Assembly (NCBI GenBank): GCA_001949185.1
Contig: BDGG01000005.1
Location: 62,001 to 126,000, forward strand
DNA length: 64,000 bases
Reading direction: 5' to 3'
From: Ramazzottius varieornatus
Lineage: Eukaryota > Animalia > Tardigrada
In this document: positions 52,741-64,000 of the stretch, piece after piece
Layout of the letters: the number at the start of each line of letters is the position of its first letter
How positions within the stretch are numbered: the stretch's first letter is position 1
Translations under genes and position numbers: made by a program
Notes under the pieces: model-generated
The model's database searches: none
Told to the model about the DNA's origin: nothing
The model's input: the letters and a program-made list of their open reading frames with translations, nothing else

Positions 52741-53265
52741 TGAGCTCGTGCACTATGCTGCTCGCTCAAACTGGGAGATCGGATCATAGAGTAAGTGAAA
52801 ATCTCTCACCGGGTCTTTATAGCAAGTGTTAGACGCAGTGGGCTTGCTTGTTCGTGGTTATGAGGGATTCAACCCGGAAATCGAAAATCTGTCGAACTAT
52901 TATAGTTCGGCAGGTTTTCTGGACTGTTTACTTATGACGTCCGCAACAGCGTGCATGACTTCCGCATTGTTCTTGAGCTTGGTTTGTTTGTGTTAATACA
53001 TGTGTATGCTTGAATGAATATCTTGAGTCCTTGCTATCCTGTGCCTCGGTTGTCCTGCGCTCAAGCTCAAATGGTTGTTTGCGATCTCAAAATCAAACTA
53101 ACCAGCCTGCAGACTACGGGCAAATGAGACTTTACATGAAAGTTATTAGATGCAAAGAAGAATAGACTACAGTAAAAGTCAAAAACGCCGTCGGAAAAAA
53201 ATTGCATGCATGCATATGGTTCGTGAAAGAAAATAAATTATTACTCTACCTCAAATATCGAGCTA

Positions 53266-56200
53266 TCAAATCTCCTGCTCAATGCCGAGAAGCACCGCGG
53301 TATTCTCCAGCTCATAATCGGTTGCAGAGCCTCCGCGATACGCAGATACCACGGATTCCCAGTCGATCACATCGACCAGCCTTTTCACAGGCACCTTCTT
53401 GAAATGCGCCGAAGCGCCACCTATCATGTGAAATACACATTAGACCACACCAACGGAAGCCTCTCTTTGACCAGTAAACCGATCACGTGAATAACACTTC
53501 CCGTGCAAACAAAGTGTACCTTCTCCGGAGTCTTGGAAGCTTTTTCGCCAGCTTAGGACATGCGAACCTTCTCTGCTGGTCTTGCCACTCGGCGCGAGCT
53601 CTTCGGTCGACCCAGATCCGCCACCTCTACGCATACTCATACACTCTGGAAACATGACACGATATTCTTCCTTGTAAGTGTTGCACCACCGAAATCGACT
53701 AAGATATTACTTTTTAGACCCTTATAGGCATAGGTCGCGGAGACGGTAATCACATTGAGAGGCGGTGGGCTGATGGCGGACTTCTGAGTATTGATGATTA
53801 GCTTGGCGCGCCCAAACTTCCACTCAAGGTCCGATCGAGCTTGAATACGCTGGTATGTGTCCGATAACATGGCAATCAACAGGTTGATTAGTACAACCAT
53901 GGTCACTATAAGAGAGATGTTATCATTGTTATGAGGCCTTGTCGGTACGAATAGTTCGTGATCTAGAGGCCGGCAAACGAACGGTCGCCTTAAGTGGTGT
54001 ACGCGTCCAGCCTATAGCAATGAAATGTGCGCCACTAGAGGTAGCAATCTCGCACCTACGACCTCCAGCTCCAGTTAACTTTTGTGTTGGTCGACGGTGA
54101 AGTTGGGGACTTACCCATGAGGAAAATCATAACCAATATTTTTATAAGCGTGCTTGAAAACGGTGGACTGTTGGGCGCCGCTGGCATGTGCGTGGGATCC
54201 TACAATAAAACCCAGAAAATTTAGAGAAATAAGACATTTTGGTAATGTACAGTACTTACCACGAGGCCGAAAAGAGCGAAGTAGAGATATTGAAAGCTGA
54301 CGAGCGGATCCGAAGCCATATCGATGATAACGCTGTGCGGATAGTAATAACCGCTTTCCGTCATGTTAGGCTGCTGAGTATCCAGGAACATGGCGGACGA
54401 ACTGAAGGAGAAGCCGATCATGAACAATGAAAGCACAACCAGGAAGCGCATTAGGTCCTTCACGAGGTCTTGAATGATGATTCCCATGGGACCGAACATG
54501 TAGTGGAAGGATAGATAACTAAACAACGAAAAAGTAACTTCTCACTACACATCCGATCGGCGTATTGATTGGTTTCTGCTACAATGTGTTAAGCATCTTG
54601 CTTATGAAATATGAATTTCGGCCTGTTTCCGTACGATTCTTAACTTAGCAATGTTCTACGGCTCATTAGTCCCTGGAACGTCTTCAAGGACTTACTTCAC
54701 AATCTGAATGCAAGCAAACAGTCCCGCGGTAGCAAACAGTTGGTTCCGAACGTACAGCAGGATGGTTGCCGTTGTGCCGGTAAACGCGAAAGCGATGCCA
54801 TGCATGATGATACCCAACGCACAAAAGCCCAACACGATAATCCGGATCCATCCCAGTCCGCTACGTTCTTCCGCTGTGAAGAACTCATCGATGACTTTTC
54901 CGATTAGCCATACCAGCAGCAGCCATTCCGCCCATTCCGGTAGCGGATCTATTCGATCGTACAGGTTTTCGAATGGCGAGAGGAAAACAAGGATGAGTAC
55001 CACGATGAAGAACAGATGGCTGACAATGGAACTCATCAGCTTCATGAAGGGTATTTCGCTATAACGCCCAATGGGCAGCGACATCACCAGCCAGAACGGC
55101 GGGAACAGCAGGAATGCCAGGAACATCATGGTACTCTTTCCATCGGACCATTCCTGGTTGCCGTACCATACATCACTGAGGAAACGTTGTACCTGGTTAA
55201 CAGATAAATTCATGTGACAATATTGTACATGCTAGAGCCATCTGCGTACACCTGCATACACCTGACTGTGCAGTTACTGTATCAGGGAGTATGCATGTGA
55301 ATGAAAAAGTGTGAAAGTCATACCGATGGCTCAGCTACGACTTCTTTGTGGCTTCCTTCCACCAAAATGTCCATCAGAGACTTGTTGTTCTGGTCGATAG
55401 CTCGAAGGACCAAGGCAGGACCGAAGCGGTTACAGGAAATGGTCAGCAAGTCATTTCCCAGGGTCTCGCAGAACTTGCTGGCCAAGATGCTGTCTCGCTC
55501 AAGCTCTTTCTCGCGTGAGGACTGGTCTTGGTAGAACCTGGATAGTTTCAGTGCGATTTCCACGGGTGAAGGCGAGGTCGTGATGAAGTCTTCCAGGGCT
55601 TTTTGGTGGAACATCTTGCCGCAGTTCATGAGATCGAACAGGAAAGCGCGGTCTTCAAGGAGCTTGAATACGTCGTGATCTTTCAAGATTAGGTACGTCA
55701 GGACATCGGTCTTCAGGGCATTGGCTGCATAACAGAGAGGAATCTTTCCATCGGAGGTTTCGCTGACTGGAGAAGCTCCTGCTTCAACCAGCACTTTGAC
55801 CACTTTGAGGTACCCGGCTTTCGCAGCATGGTGCAATGCCGTCCATCCATTCTGTACAGAACACACGAGTAAAGATGACCGTAGAAGAGTGAGCAGATCG
55901 AAACTCCCAAACACTCAAAATCCTTCAACGTTGCCTGTGGGCAACTGAAACATTCTACCTATCTGGAATTCCGGAATGAATTTCATCTTTTTACAAAATG
56001 CAAAATTGTCATCTACGGTAGCTATTTGTATGGTCATGTTGTTTACATTGTCTTCCGAAGCGACATCGGCTCCTTGCCCAAGCAACAAGGAAGCCATTTC
56101 CTCATGGCCATTGGCACCAGCTAGCATCAGAGCGTTACGACCCTTCTTGTCGCGAGTATCGAGCTGAGCGGAGGACTTGCTAAGAAGCAAACCCACGATC

Positions 56201-59200
56201 GGAAGATGGCCATTGAGAGCAGCTAAATGAAGAGGAATCAAGCCGCTAATATCAGCGGCTGCATCCACCTGCACACCTATAAAGACAGAAGGATACCACT
56301 GCATGTTCTTACCGAAAGGCTGAACTTATTACCTGGGTAGTTCAACAGTAGACGGACCATGTTCTCCTGCCCACTATGAGCAGCGAGGTGCAGCGGAGTA
56401 AGGCCTGGTTCGCCACCAATTTCTTTGACGATGGCGTTGTTGATTGTTGGCTGATCTGATACAATGGTTGCTGGTACTGTTGTGAGCAGCTCACGCGCAA
56501 ACTCGACTTGCCCATAGAAAGCTGTAAAGCGGCAATTGAATATATGTATGAGAGTCAGTTCAGCAGGCGGAATGAAAGGTACTCTGGGATAAGTTACCCG
56601 CTAGGTGGAGGGCCGATAGGCCAGTCTTCACACTGGATAACTTTAGCGAGATGAGTTCTTTCAGGATCTCGAGGACGGAAACATATCCAAATTTGGCTGC
56701 GAGATGAAGAGGTGTCATACCGTCAGCGTTCTCTTCCACCGGCGACGCCCCTCCTTCCACGAGGACCTTGACTACTTCTGCATGACCTCCGGCTGCCGCC
56801 AGATGGAGTGCCGTTGAGTCGTCGGTCTACGACCAAATTTAATCGTAATGTCTTTGCATAAATTTGATACTGTTAACCCAGCCAGGAGTAACTTGGACCC
56901 ACCCGGATTTTTGCTGTGATAACTTGCTGTTTGTCGAAGCTCATCAAAAGGCGAACGACCTCATCGGATCCATTTTGGGCTGCAATATGAGCCACAGTAT
57001 ATCCATTCTGGAGAGGAGAAACTTCCATCATTGTGGGACGAGACATAGTGAAGAATGCACTGTACCAACCTCGTCTACCATTGTCATAGGATTTGAGTCT
57101 GCTTGAACTTTCAGAAAAAGCTCCACGATGGAAGAATGATCGTTTTCGGCGGCCAAATGCAACGGCGTAAGCCCTTTCTGAAGTAACACTAGACGGTAAA
57201 ACATATCTCTCCATACAAGCAAAGCTTCGATCAAAGCTGCACACCTGGTCTTTGGCGTTCGGGTCGGCTTTCATCCGTAACAGCACATCGCAAATTTCCA
57301 GTTTCCCGTACTGCGCAGCCATATGGAGAGGTGTTCGTTTCGCCTACCAAAAGACAGTTCAGTCTTTGATTTCACACGATTTTGACGGGGATTTTAGTTT
57401 CGTACCAGCGACAATGCATCGATAGCGGCATCGTACTTTTCCACCAAAACCTGGACTATCTCGGTCCATCCCTTCATGGCCGCCAAATGTGTGGGAGTCA
57501 AGCCTAGTTTACTCTTGGCGTTGACGAAAGCTTTGTGGTGAAGCAGCAGGTCGACAATGTCCAGGTGCCCGTTTTCTGCTGCGATGTGCAAAGCCGCTTT
57601 TCCTTGCTGACAGAGACATATGGATACATATACGTGGTAGAACAGAAGGAAAACGGGTGTGCGCACTGTACCTCGTCGAACACATCAACTCGCGCGTTAT
57701 TTCTCAACAACTGCCGGACAACCTCTTCGTGGCCGTGTTCCGACGCAGTCAGCAGCGGCGACCAACCGTTCTGTTTCAATAAAAAAACATTTGAGTTCCC
57801 GACCGATAGTTTCCGAGAGGCCAAACTCGTCACGAACCTTCGCCTGTCTGTTCAACGCGACTTGCAGTCGACCAGGTCCTTGATGCTTGATAATGGTCAT
57901 GAGGATATTCACGTTCCCGCATCGAGCGCAGTAGTGCAGCGGAGTCTCATTGCTCTTAAATATTGCGGCCAATTGTGTCACACATACTAAACATGCGAGT
58001 CGAAGTAAAGAACAATCGAACCATTTTGGTTTGTATGTTGACGTCGGCGTTATAGTCCAGGAGAAGTAGAACGATCTTGACATCTTCCCCCTCGGAATGG
58101 GCCATATCGGTGGTGAGCTCCGTCGCGTAATGAAAGCTAGTTTCTCCTTCCTACAAGATACTCAAGATGTGGTTTCAGCCTTCGAAGTAACCAAGAGATC
58201 GTCGTACACTAGTTTGATCCACTCACCAGATTCTGCGCGTTGACCATGTTAGTGGCATCATTGCGCGACTGCTTGTTGGCCACATGCTCGATCAGTTCTT
58301 TGACGACAAAGTAATTGCAGGCTCGTACTGCAACGTGGAGCGCCGTCTCCCCGCTCGCACTGGTGGCCAGTGGGTTGGCTTCTTCCAACAGGAGAATCTG
58401 TACCATCCGAAGTGCTCCAAACCTGGCTGCGACATGCATGGCCGTTTCCCCGTTCTCCATTGTGTTGTTCACGTCAGCGCCAGATTTGATCAACATCTCG
58501 GCACAGAGCTCCCCATTGGGTACACGAGCGGCAATATGCAGCGGAGTCTCCCCCGCAGCGCCCCCTTTCACGTCCACTGAAGCTCCGTAACCGAGCAGCG
58601 CCTCCGTCACCTGCGGCTTCCCGTACTCCACTAAAAACAAGAAACGTTTTCATAAAATCCAAGCCTGAAACTAAACTTATTTTCTGCTTGGATGTAGAGA
58701 AAGAGAACGTTTCATTCTTTGGGATAGATGCTAATTTGAGATTTGCTGTTTTTCCAGATCTCGATGAACTTCCTCCTTTTTCGGCGGCGCTACTTCAAAC
58801 TTAATCGATCAGTCGGTGGACGAATTCGCCAGTTCACTACGAATGTCTCTTGTGCTAAAATCCAAAACCTTGGCTTGCTCGACTTGCCTGCCAGATGTAA
58901 TGCCGTGTAGTTTTCGTTTGTTTTCGCGTCCACAGGCGAACCGTTCTCGATCAGGATTCCGGTGACTCTGACGTGGCCTACGCGAAACAACTTTCAGTGA
59001 CTAACTAAGAGGCACACGCGTTTCTACCGGAAGTGTACCTGTTCGAGCTGCGGCGTGGAGTGCCAGAGCTCCAGACTTGTTTGGCATATTTAGTGGGACA
59101 CCGCGCTTGAGGAGTGCGATGGTGGCATCGGGATGTCCAGTCAAAGCGGCCAAGTGGGCCAACGTACTACCATCCTGCAAAGTACTGGAATGTGTGCTTT

Positions 59201-61387
59201 TGCAAACCACAAAGCACGTCCGTCCGATCTTGAAATCAATGGTCCAACTACGCATATCGCGCTGAAAGGGAGACTGATCAATAAAGCTCGCTGTATACCT
59301 GTGTACGAGCCATAATAGATCCTTTGAATTTCTCCGTCAAGGTCTCCACCACATTCGTCACTCCGTTCTCCACAGCCAAATGCAGAGCGGTACGTTGATA
59401 CTGTGAAAATCATAGATTCGAATACCATCGTTTGATACCAAAAATCACAATCCATTAACAAACTGGGGCGTCGGTCGGCAAACTACTATAACCCAGCATG
59501 GTCGTCATTTTAAGTGACGCACATCTGCCTTGTCCTTGGCTGGAAGTGTGCGCCACTTACGAAGACGATCCTGCTCAAGTCGTTTGCCAACATTCCGAAC
59601 GTATAATCTTCGTACTCGGTCTGCAATTTCCGGGTTGGCTTTGTAGTCGTGAAGTAGTCCAAGCACAGAGTCGTTGTGGGTGTGGGTGGCAATGTGCAGT
59701 AAAGTTTGGCCATCGTCCTGGGAATAAACTCGTGGAAGACCCACTCGACCAAGTCTAATATGGCATCTTGATCAGAGCACAGAAATTCTTACATTCTGAA
59801 TATCGACCGGACCGCCAGCTTCGATCAGGATTCGCAGAAGCTCGCTGTTATTTTGACGCAGCACGTAGTGCATCACAGAGTCCCCGTTTTGCAGCTGGAA
59901 GGCGTACCATCTATATCGTGAATGTGTGCTAATGAATGAAACACTGCGAAAAAGTTCGTACCTTGTTTTGGTACGATAGCTGCTGGGGCGCTAGTGCCAT
60001 GAGAAGTTCTTTAACGACATGCGGATTGCCTGCTTCCGCGGCGCGCCAGATTGGCATGAAGCCATCCTTCAATCACAAAACGTCGTGACACGGTATGTTG
60101 GTTGTTCAGAATGCTTTTGGGCTTTCGAACGATTTCCTACAACCAATTCACCAGATGTTACCTTGTCCAATGCAAGTCTGCCTTCTTCGCCGGACACAGG
60201 CAACAAAATCTGTACGATGGGCCAGGAGGCGACTTTACGCGAGCAAGCAATATGTAGAGCCAGCCGTCCAGTAGCCTGGAAAACAAGAAGAATTTAAGTA
60301 GTGAGCTGCACACATTTCACAGAAGTCTGGTTTCAATTTCTCTGGTCCTCTGGATACCTCTTCCGGGACCGTTGCATCGGCTCCAATATTTACAAGTAAC
60401 TGGACTACGTCATCTTTGGCGTGCTCGGTTGCAATTGTCAGGACGGTTTCCCCAGCCTGAAAAAAAGGCCGAATGTTGTCCAACTCAACAGTGCGACGAA
60501 CAAACAATCAACCGCCAAAATCTCCTCCTTGTTGACTCACCTTTGATACTGCGTTGACGTTAGCTCCAAGTTTCGTCAAGATTGTGACCTCATGTAGTCT
60601 GCTTTCTTTAACGCAGAGCATCAATGGTGTATACCCGGTTTCCTGATAAAGACGAGTGATAGAGACCTTCGATAAACCAAACTTGACTTTGGTATTTTTA
60701 GAGTGTTACCTCTGAAGTGGTGTTGACGGCGTTGACGATTGCTTCACGTTTTCCATCAAATCTGAAGGCTTTATCCAAAATCTTTAGCTGGTTATCCACT
60801 GATGTCCAACTCTGGGTCAGACAGGATTCCAGCAAGAAAGTTCCGATATTTTCCGGAAGGTCAGTTTCTTCATTGGAGAACTCCATGATGGATTCTGGCG
60901 GGTCCGGAAAGGGTACATGTGCAGCTGGCGTCTCGTTCTCTGAGGCTTCCATCCTGGACGCTAATGAGATCGGATGCGATATGGGGATATTCGGCAAAGG
61001 GGCGCCAGCAGACTGGTTGAACGAGCTGGGAGAGTCGAAGTACTTGGAGGACGATATGCTGATGATGTTGATGGGCCGAATCCGAGGAGAGCTGGTGTTT
61101 TCTTCTTCGAGAGCTTCTTGGACAGGCTGGAGAATCGAGGGCGTGTCGGTGTTTCTCAGTTCTCGTCGGACATCTCTGGACAGCTGGAGCTTTGTCTTGG
61201 GTTTGATCAACCGGACGGCGAACCCTGGTGATGGTTGGACCAGTACGCCACGATTCTCATCAGGAAGATTATCGGGTTGGGTTGATATGTTTTCGGGTGG
61301 AGGTAAATTCTCTCGGTTTTCCGGTAACGTGTCGGTCGACCAGAACCGAGGAGAGGAAGAGGGTGTATTATTTCCGGAATACGACAT
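53266..61387 (-). CDS. nompC: TRPN/NompC mechanosensitive channel, paralog 2 (complete, many exons)
   Basis: Ankyrin array with NompC-typical EYGKPQVTEALLGYGA, ETPLHIAARVPNGELCAEMLIKSGA and AFVNAKSKLGLT. TM domain has YLYFALFGLV, LINLLIAMLSDTYQRIQARSDLEWKFG and terminal IDWESVV. Stop TGA at 53266-53268. Confidence 0.93.
53966..54066. mobile_element. MITE-like family A copy (degenerate, intronic)
   Basis: GAGGCCGGCAAACGAA..AAGTGGTGTAC..CCAGCCTATAGCAATGAAATGTGCGCCACT. Confidence 0.6.
59465..59596. mobile_element. MITE-like family A copy (intronic)
   Basis: CGGCAAAC..GTCGTC..AAGTGACGCAC..TTGGCTGGAAGTGTGCGCCACTT..GACGATC..GTTTGCC. Confidence 0.65.
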
Positions 61388-62075
61388 TATTCCAGTTGGA
61401 TTAGTCTATCACCAAAAACTGTAATTTATTCGAAAAATTCGATATTGGGAACGTGCCACAGCAAAATGTGGAATCCCCTAAGTGCCGTAGTCTCGGTAGA
61501 TCTGCTGGATATCCGTGTGCGTCGATGCTAGGTCCTGTTTGTCAAGAGTGCGTAACAATAGTTCGCGGAGTGTTTAGACATGCATTTCCGGTTCGCCCAA
61601 AGTAAAGTTACTTAGAGGAAGTACTGGGTGTGAATAAGCCAAATCACGACTGACAGCTCTGCTTCATTTTGCGAACCGCTGGTGGACTTGTATATGGAAG
61701 AAACCCTGCATAACGGAGAGTGCCTTTACGGTATAGGCGGCAGATAAGAAAAAGCACCTTCACCTTTGTGGTACCCTAAAGTGAAATGGATCTACGTCTA
61801 TTCCCGGAGACTGTCCCATGACGCAGAACCAACATACGAGCAAAACACACCACAAAGCCCAATGTACCCAGAAAGCCACGGAAGCCGCGATGAAAACTTT
61901 TTTGGGGAAAAAGGATCCAGAAGGACGAGGTGGATAAGAAAGTACAGAAGGAACCATCACCACCCGGAAATGAAAGTCACAGTAAATGGGTAGAGCGCTC
62001 ATATCAGTTTGAAACAAGGAAGAGGTCCAACCATGCATAACATATTTATGCACCAGAAAATCGAATACACAACTT

Positions 62076-64000
62076 TTAAATCTGACCGGCGAATTCGGCC
62101 GTATCTTCGCCCTGTTGCATTTCTCTCTTGTTTTGGTTGTTGTAAATACGAACAACGTCTTTCCAGTCGATGACGTCCACGATTTCCTTCACGGCCGTGG
62201 GTTTCCCAGCTGCAAAGCGAGACAGTATCAGGTACGCAAACGTTACTTCGAGGACGTTTGCGCGTTACTCACTGGATAGGTTTGATGACAGTCGGGAACT
62301 AGTTCGTCTGTCCAATCCTGAAGCTGTACGGGAAGTTGATGCGGACACGATGGCGCTGGAGTCGCAATCTGGAACATTCACAAAACGTTTGCAAGAGTGT
62401 CTCATCACCATCGTCTTGGTTCTTCAGCACTTACATTTGCTATACAGGTATCTAACCCCGTTCACAGCGTACGACACGAGGTTGAGTGGCGCCGGCGTTC
62501 CTTCTGAGATACTCAGGCCGAAAATCAGTCTAGCTCGGCCATACCGCCATTCCGTGTCCGAAGAGCGCTTGATCCGTTCGTAACTGTCCACCATCATGGC
62601 AATGAAGAGCTTCAACAGTACGACCCAAACCACTAAACGAAAGACGGGAAACATGATTGTGGTATATGCCTCTGTAAAGAGGCCAAACCTTACGTACCGA
62701 ACAAGTACACACCGACCAGAATGCGCAGCCAGACATTGCCCGCATTAGGTATCTGATCTTGGAGCGGCAGTGGATGCAAACTCCGGTAACTTTCTTCGGT
62801 TGGATTTTCCATAGGATCGATCAGCTGAAACAGAAAAGCCAGTCAGCTGTATTCGGACCATTCCGTTTGTGCGCCTTTCTGCAAGACCTCACCATCCAAA
62901 TTCCCCAGATCATGTATTCGAGGCTGACCACGGGGTCTCCCACGCGATTCCTGAAGCAAGCACGAAACGCTACGTTATCTAGTTGACAAAGCCGAAGAAT
63001 CAGCGCTTTCTTCATTGGCTTACAGTATTGGACCCGGCCCAGGATAGACAAAATGAGCTTCCGGCCAGAAACCATTGTCCTCGTGCTCCTCCCCTCCTCC
63101 ATGCTCTCCTGCACCTCCATGACTACCTTCATGACCACCACCGTGCCCCCCTTGTCCGTGTTCTGCCTGACCACTGTGGCCTGACGCGGTACCATGCCCC
63201 GCATCTTCAGCGCCATGAGATGGGTTTTCAGACCCGTGCGCTGCTGGCTCATGGTTCGGTTCTTGATGGCCTGCCTTCACCGGACTAACATGTCCTGTCG
63301 AAGGGTGCGCCGCAATCGTTCCGTGACTTCCGGACTGCGGAGCACTGTGTGATACCTGGCGCTTCGGTCGCTTGTGATGGGCTTGTGCCTCGTCAGTCGC
63401 GGTGGCACCAGGTGGGCTACCGACCAGACCATCCTCAGCGGACAGGCGGCTTGTATCCCGAGCTACACTGGCTCGACCGTGGGGTTCCTGGTGTGACGCT
63501 GCTAATGCGGGTCCGTGCTGGCTGGTAGCAGCAGTCGTAGCATCGAAGAGAAGCGGACCTCCATGATGCCGATGTGCCACCTGACCGGCCTTGTACACCT
63601 CGCTGTACAGTGCGGAAAATGCAAAGGTAAAGCCGAGCAAGAAACAACCCAGAAGTACGAGGAAGGTAATCAGGTCTCGGAAGATTTCACCAATCACAAT
63701 ACTCAGCGGACCGAAAAGTCGATGAAACGCCATGTACCTACGTACAAAAATTGGTTGGACGGAAGACTCACTTCATTTTTTTGTAAGCGAGAGAATCGTA
63801 CTTACGACAAAAGTTGGATATGCGAAAGTAGGGACGCAGTCGCGAAGAACTGTGCTCGGATGTACAACAGCGTGACTTGGGTACTGTTGGGGAAGGGGAT
63901 GGCACTTATCTGAATGATGAATCCAATCACACAGAGAATAATCACAAATAACTGTAACCGCCCAAATCCAGTCCGCTCTTCCTTCCTGGTGAACTCGTGA
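62076..64000 (-). CDS. Divergent TRPN/NompC-like channel, paralog 3 (3' part only; runs off the window)
   Basis: HEFTRKEERTGFG, LYIRAQFFA, FHRLFGPLSIVIGEIFRDL, LLKLFIAMMVDSYERIKRSSDTEWRYGRARLI, PAPLNLV and terminal IVDVIDWKDVV are collinear with paralogs 1 and 2. Stop TAA at 62076-62078. Confidence 0.85.

Noticed and set aside
44798-61387. Alternative call of the ankyrin channels as TRPA1 or plain ankyrin
   Set aside because: The very long repeat array, FALFG pore, SDTYQRIQ..SD.EWK(F/Y)G TRP helix and terminal IDW..VV motif fit TRPN/NompC.
60717-61424. 235-aa + strand ORF
   Set aside because: It is the antisense shadow of the first coding exon of TRPN paralog 2.
61760-62075. ORFs between TRPN paralogs 3 and 2, including a hydrophobic minus-strand ORF
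   Set aside because: They lie just past the paralog 3 stop, and the T-rich minus strand explains the hydrophobic translation. Most likely 3' UTR.

Overview
Eukaryotic (animal) genomic DNA with many short GT-AG introns (mostly about 55-90 nt), so the ORF track shows only exon fragments. A compact invertebrate genome is likely; a tardigrade or similar ecdysozoan is a guess. Left to right: a QRICH2/C16orf96-like (DUF4795) gene (+); a kinase-less FGFRL1-like Ig receptor (-); a decayed PIF/Harbinger transposon (transposase plus Myb/SANT ORF, with a possible third ORF); GADD45GIP1/CRIF1 (+), whose single intron holds a strongly base-paired ~220-nt 7SK-like RNA candidate; a short nephrin/Sns-like Ig receptor (+) with a probable 16.8-kb first intron; a BEN-domain-like gene (+); an uncharacterised gene (-); PCBD (-) head-to-head with PM20D2 (+); and a tandem array of at least three TRPN/NompC channel genes (-). 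The third TRPN paralog is the most unusual element: it has a ~175-aa His/Gly-rich insertion with a furin-type site in the outer pore loop, a rewritten pore helix/filter (WGIWM for FALFG) and an S6 Asn-to-Lys change. About ten copies of a ~110-130 bp palindromic MITE-like element occur, all inside introns. Exon boundaries were read by eye and no database searches were run.
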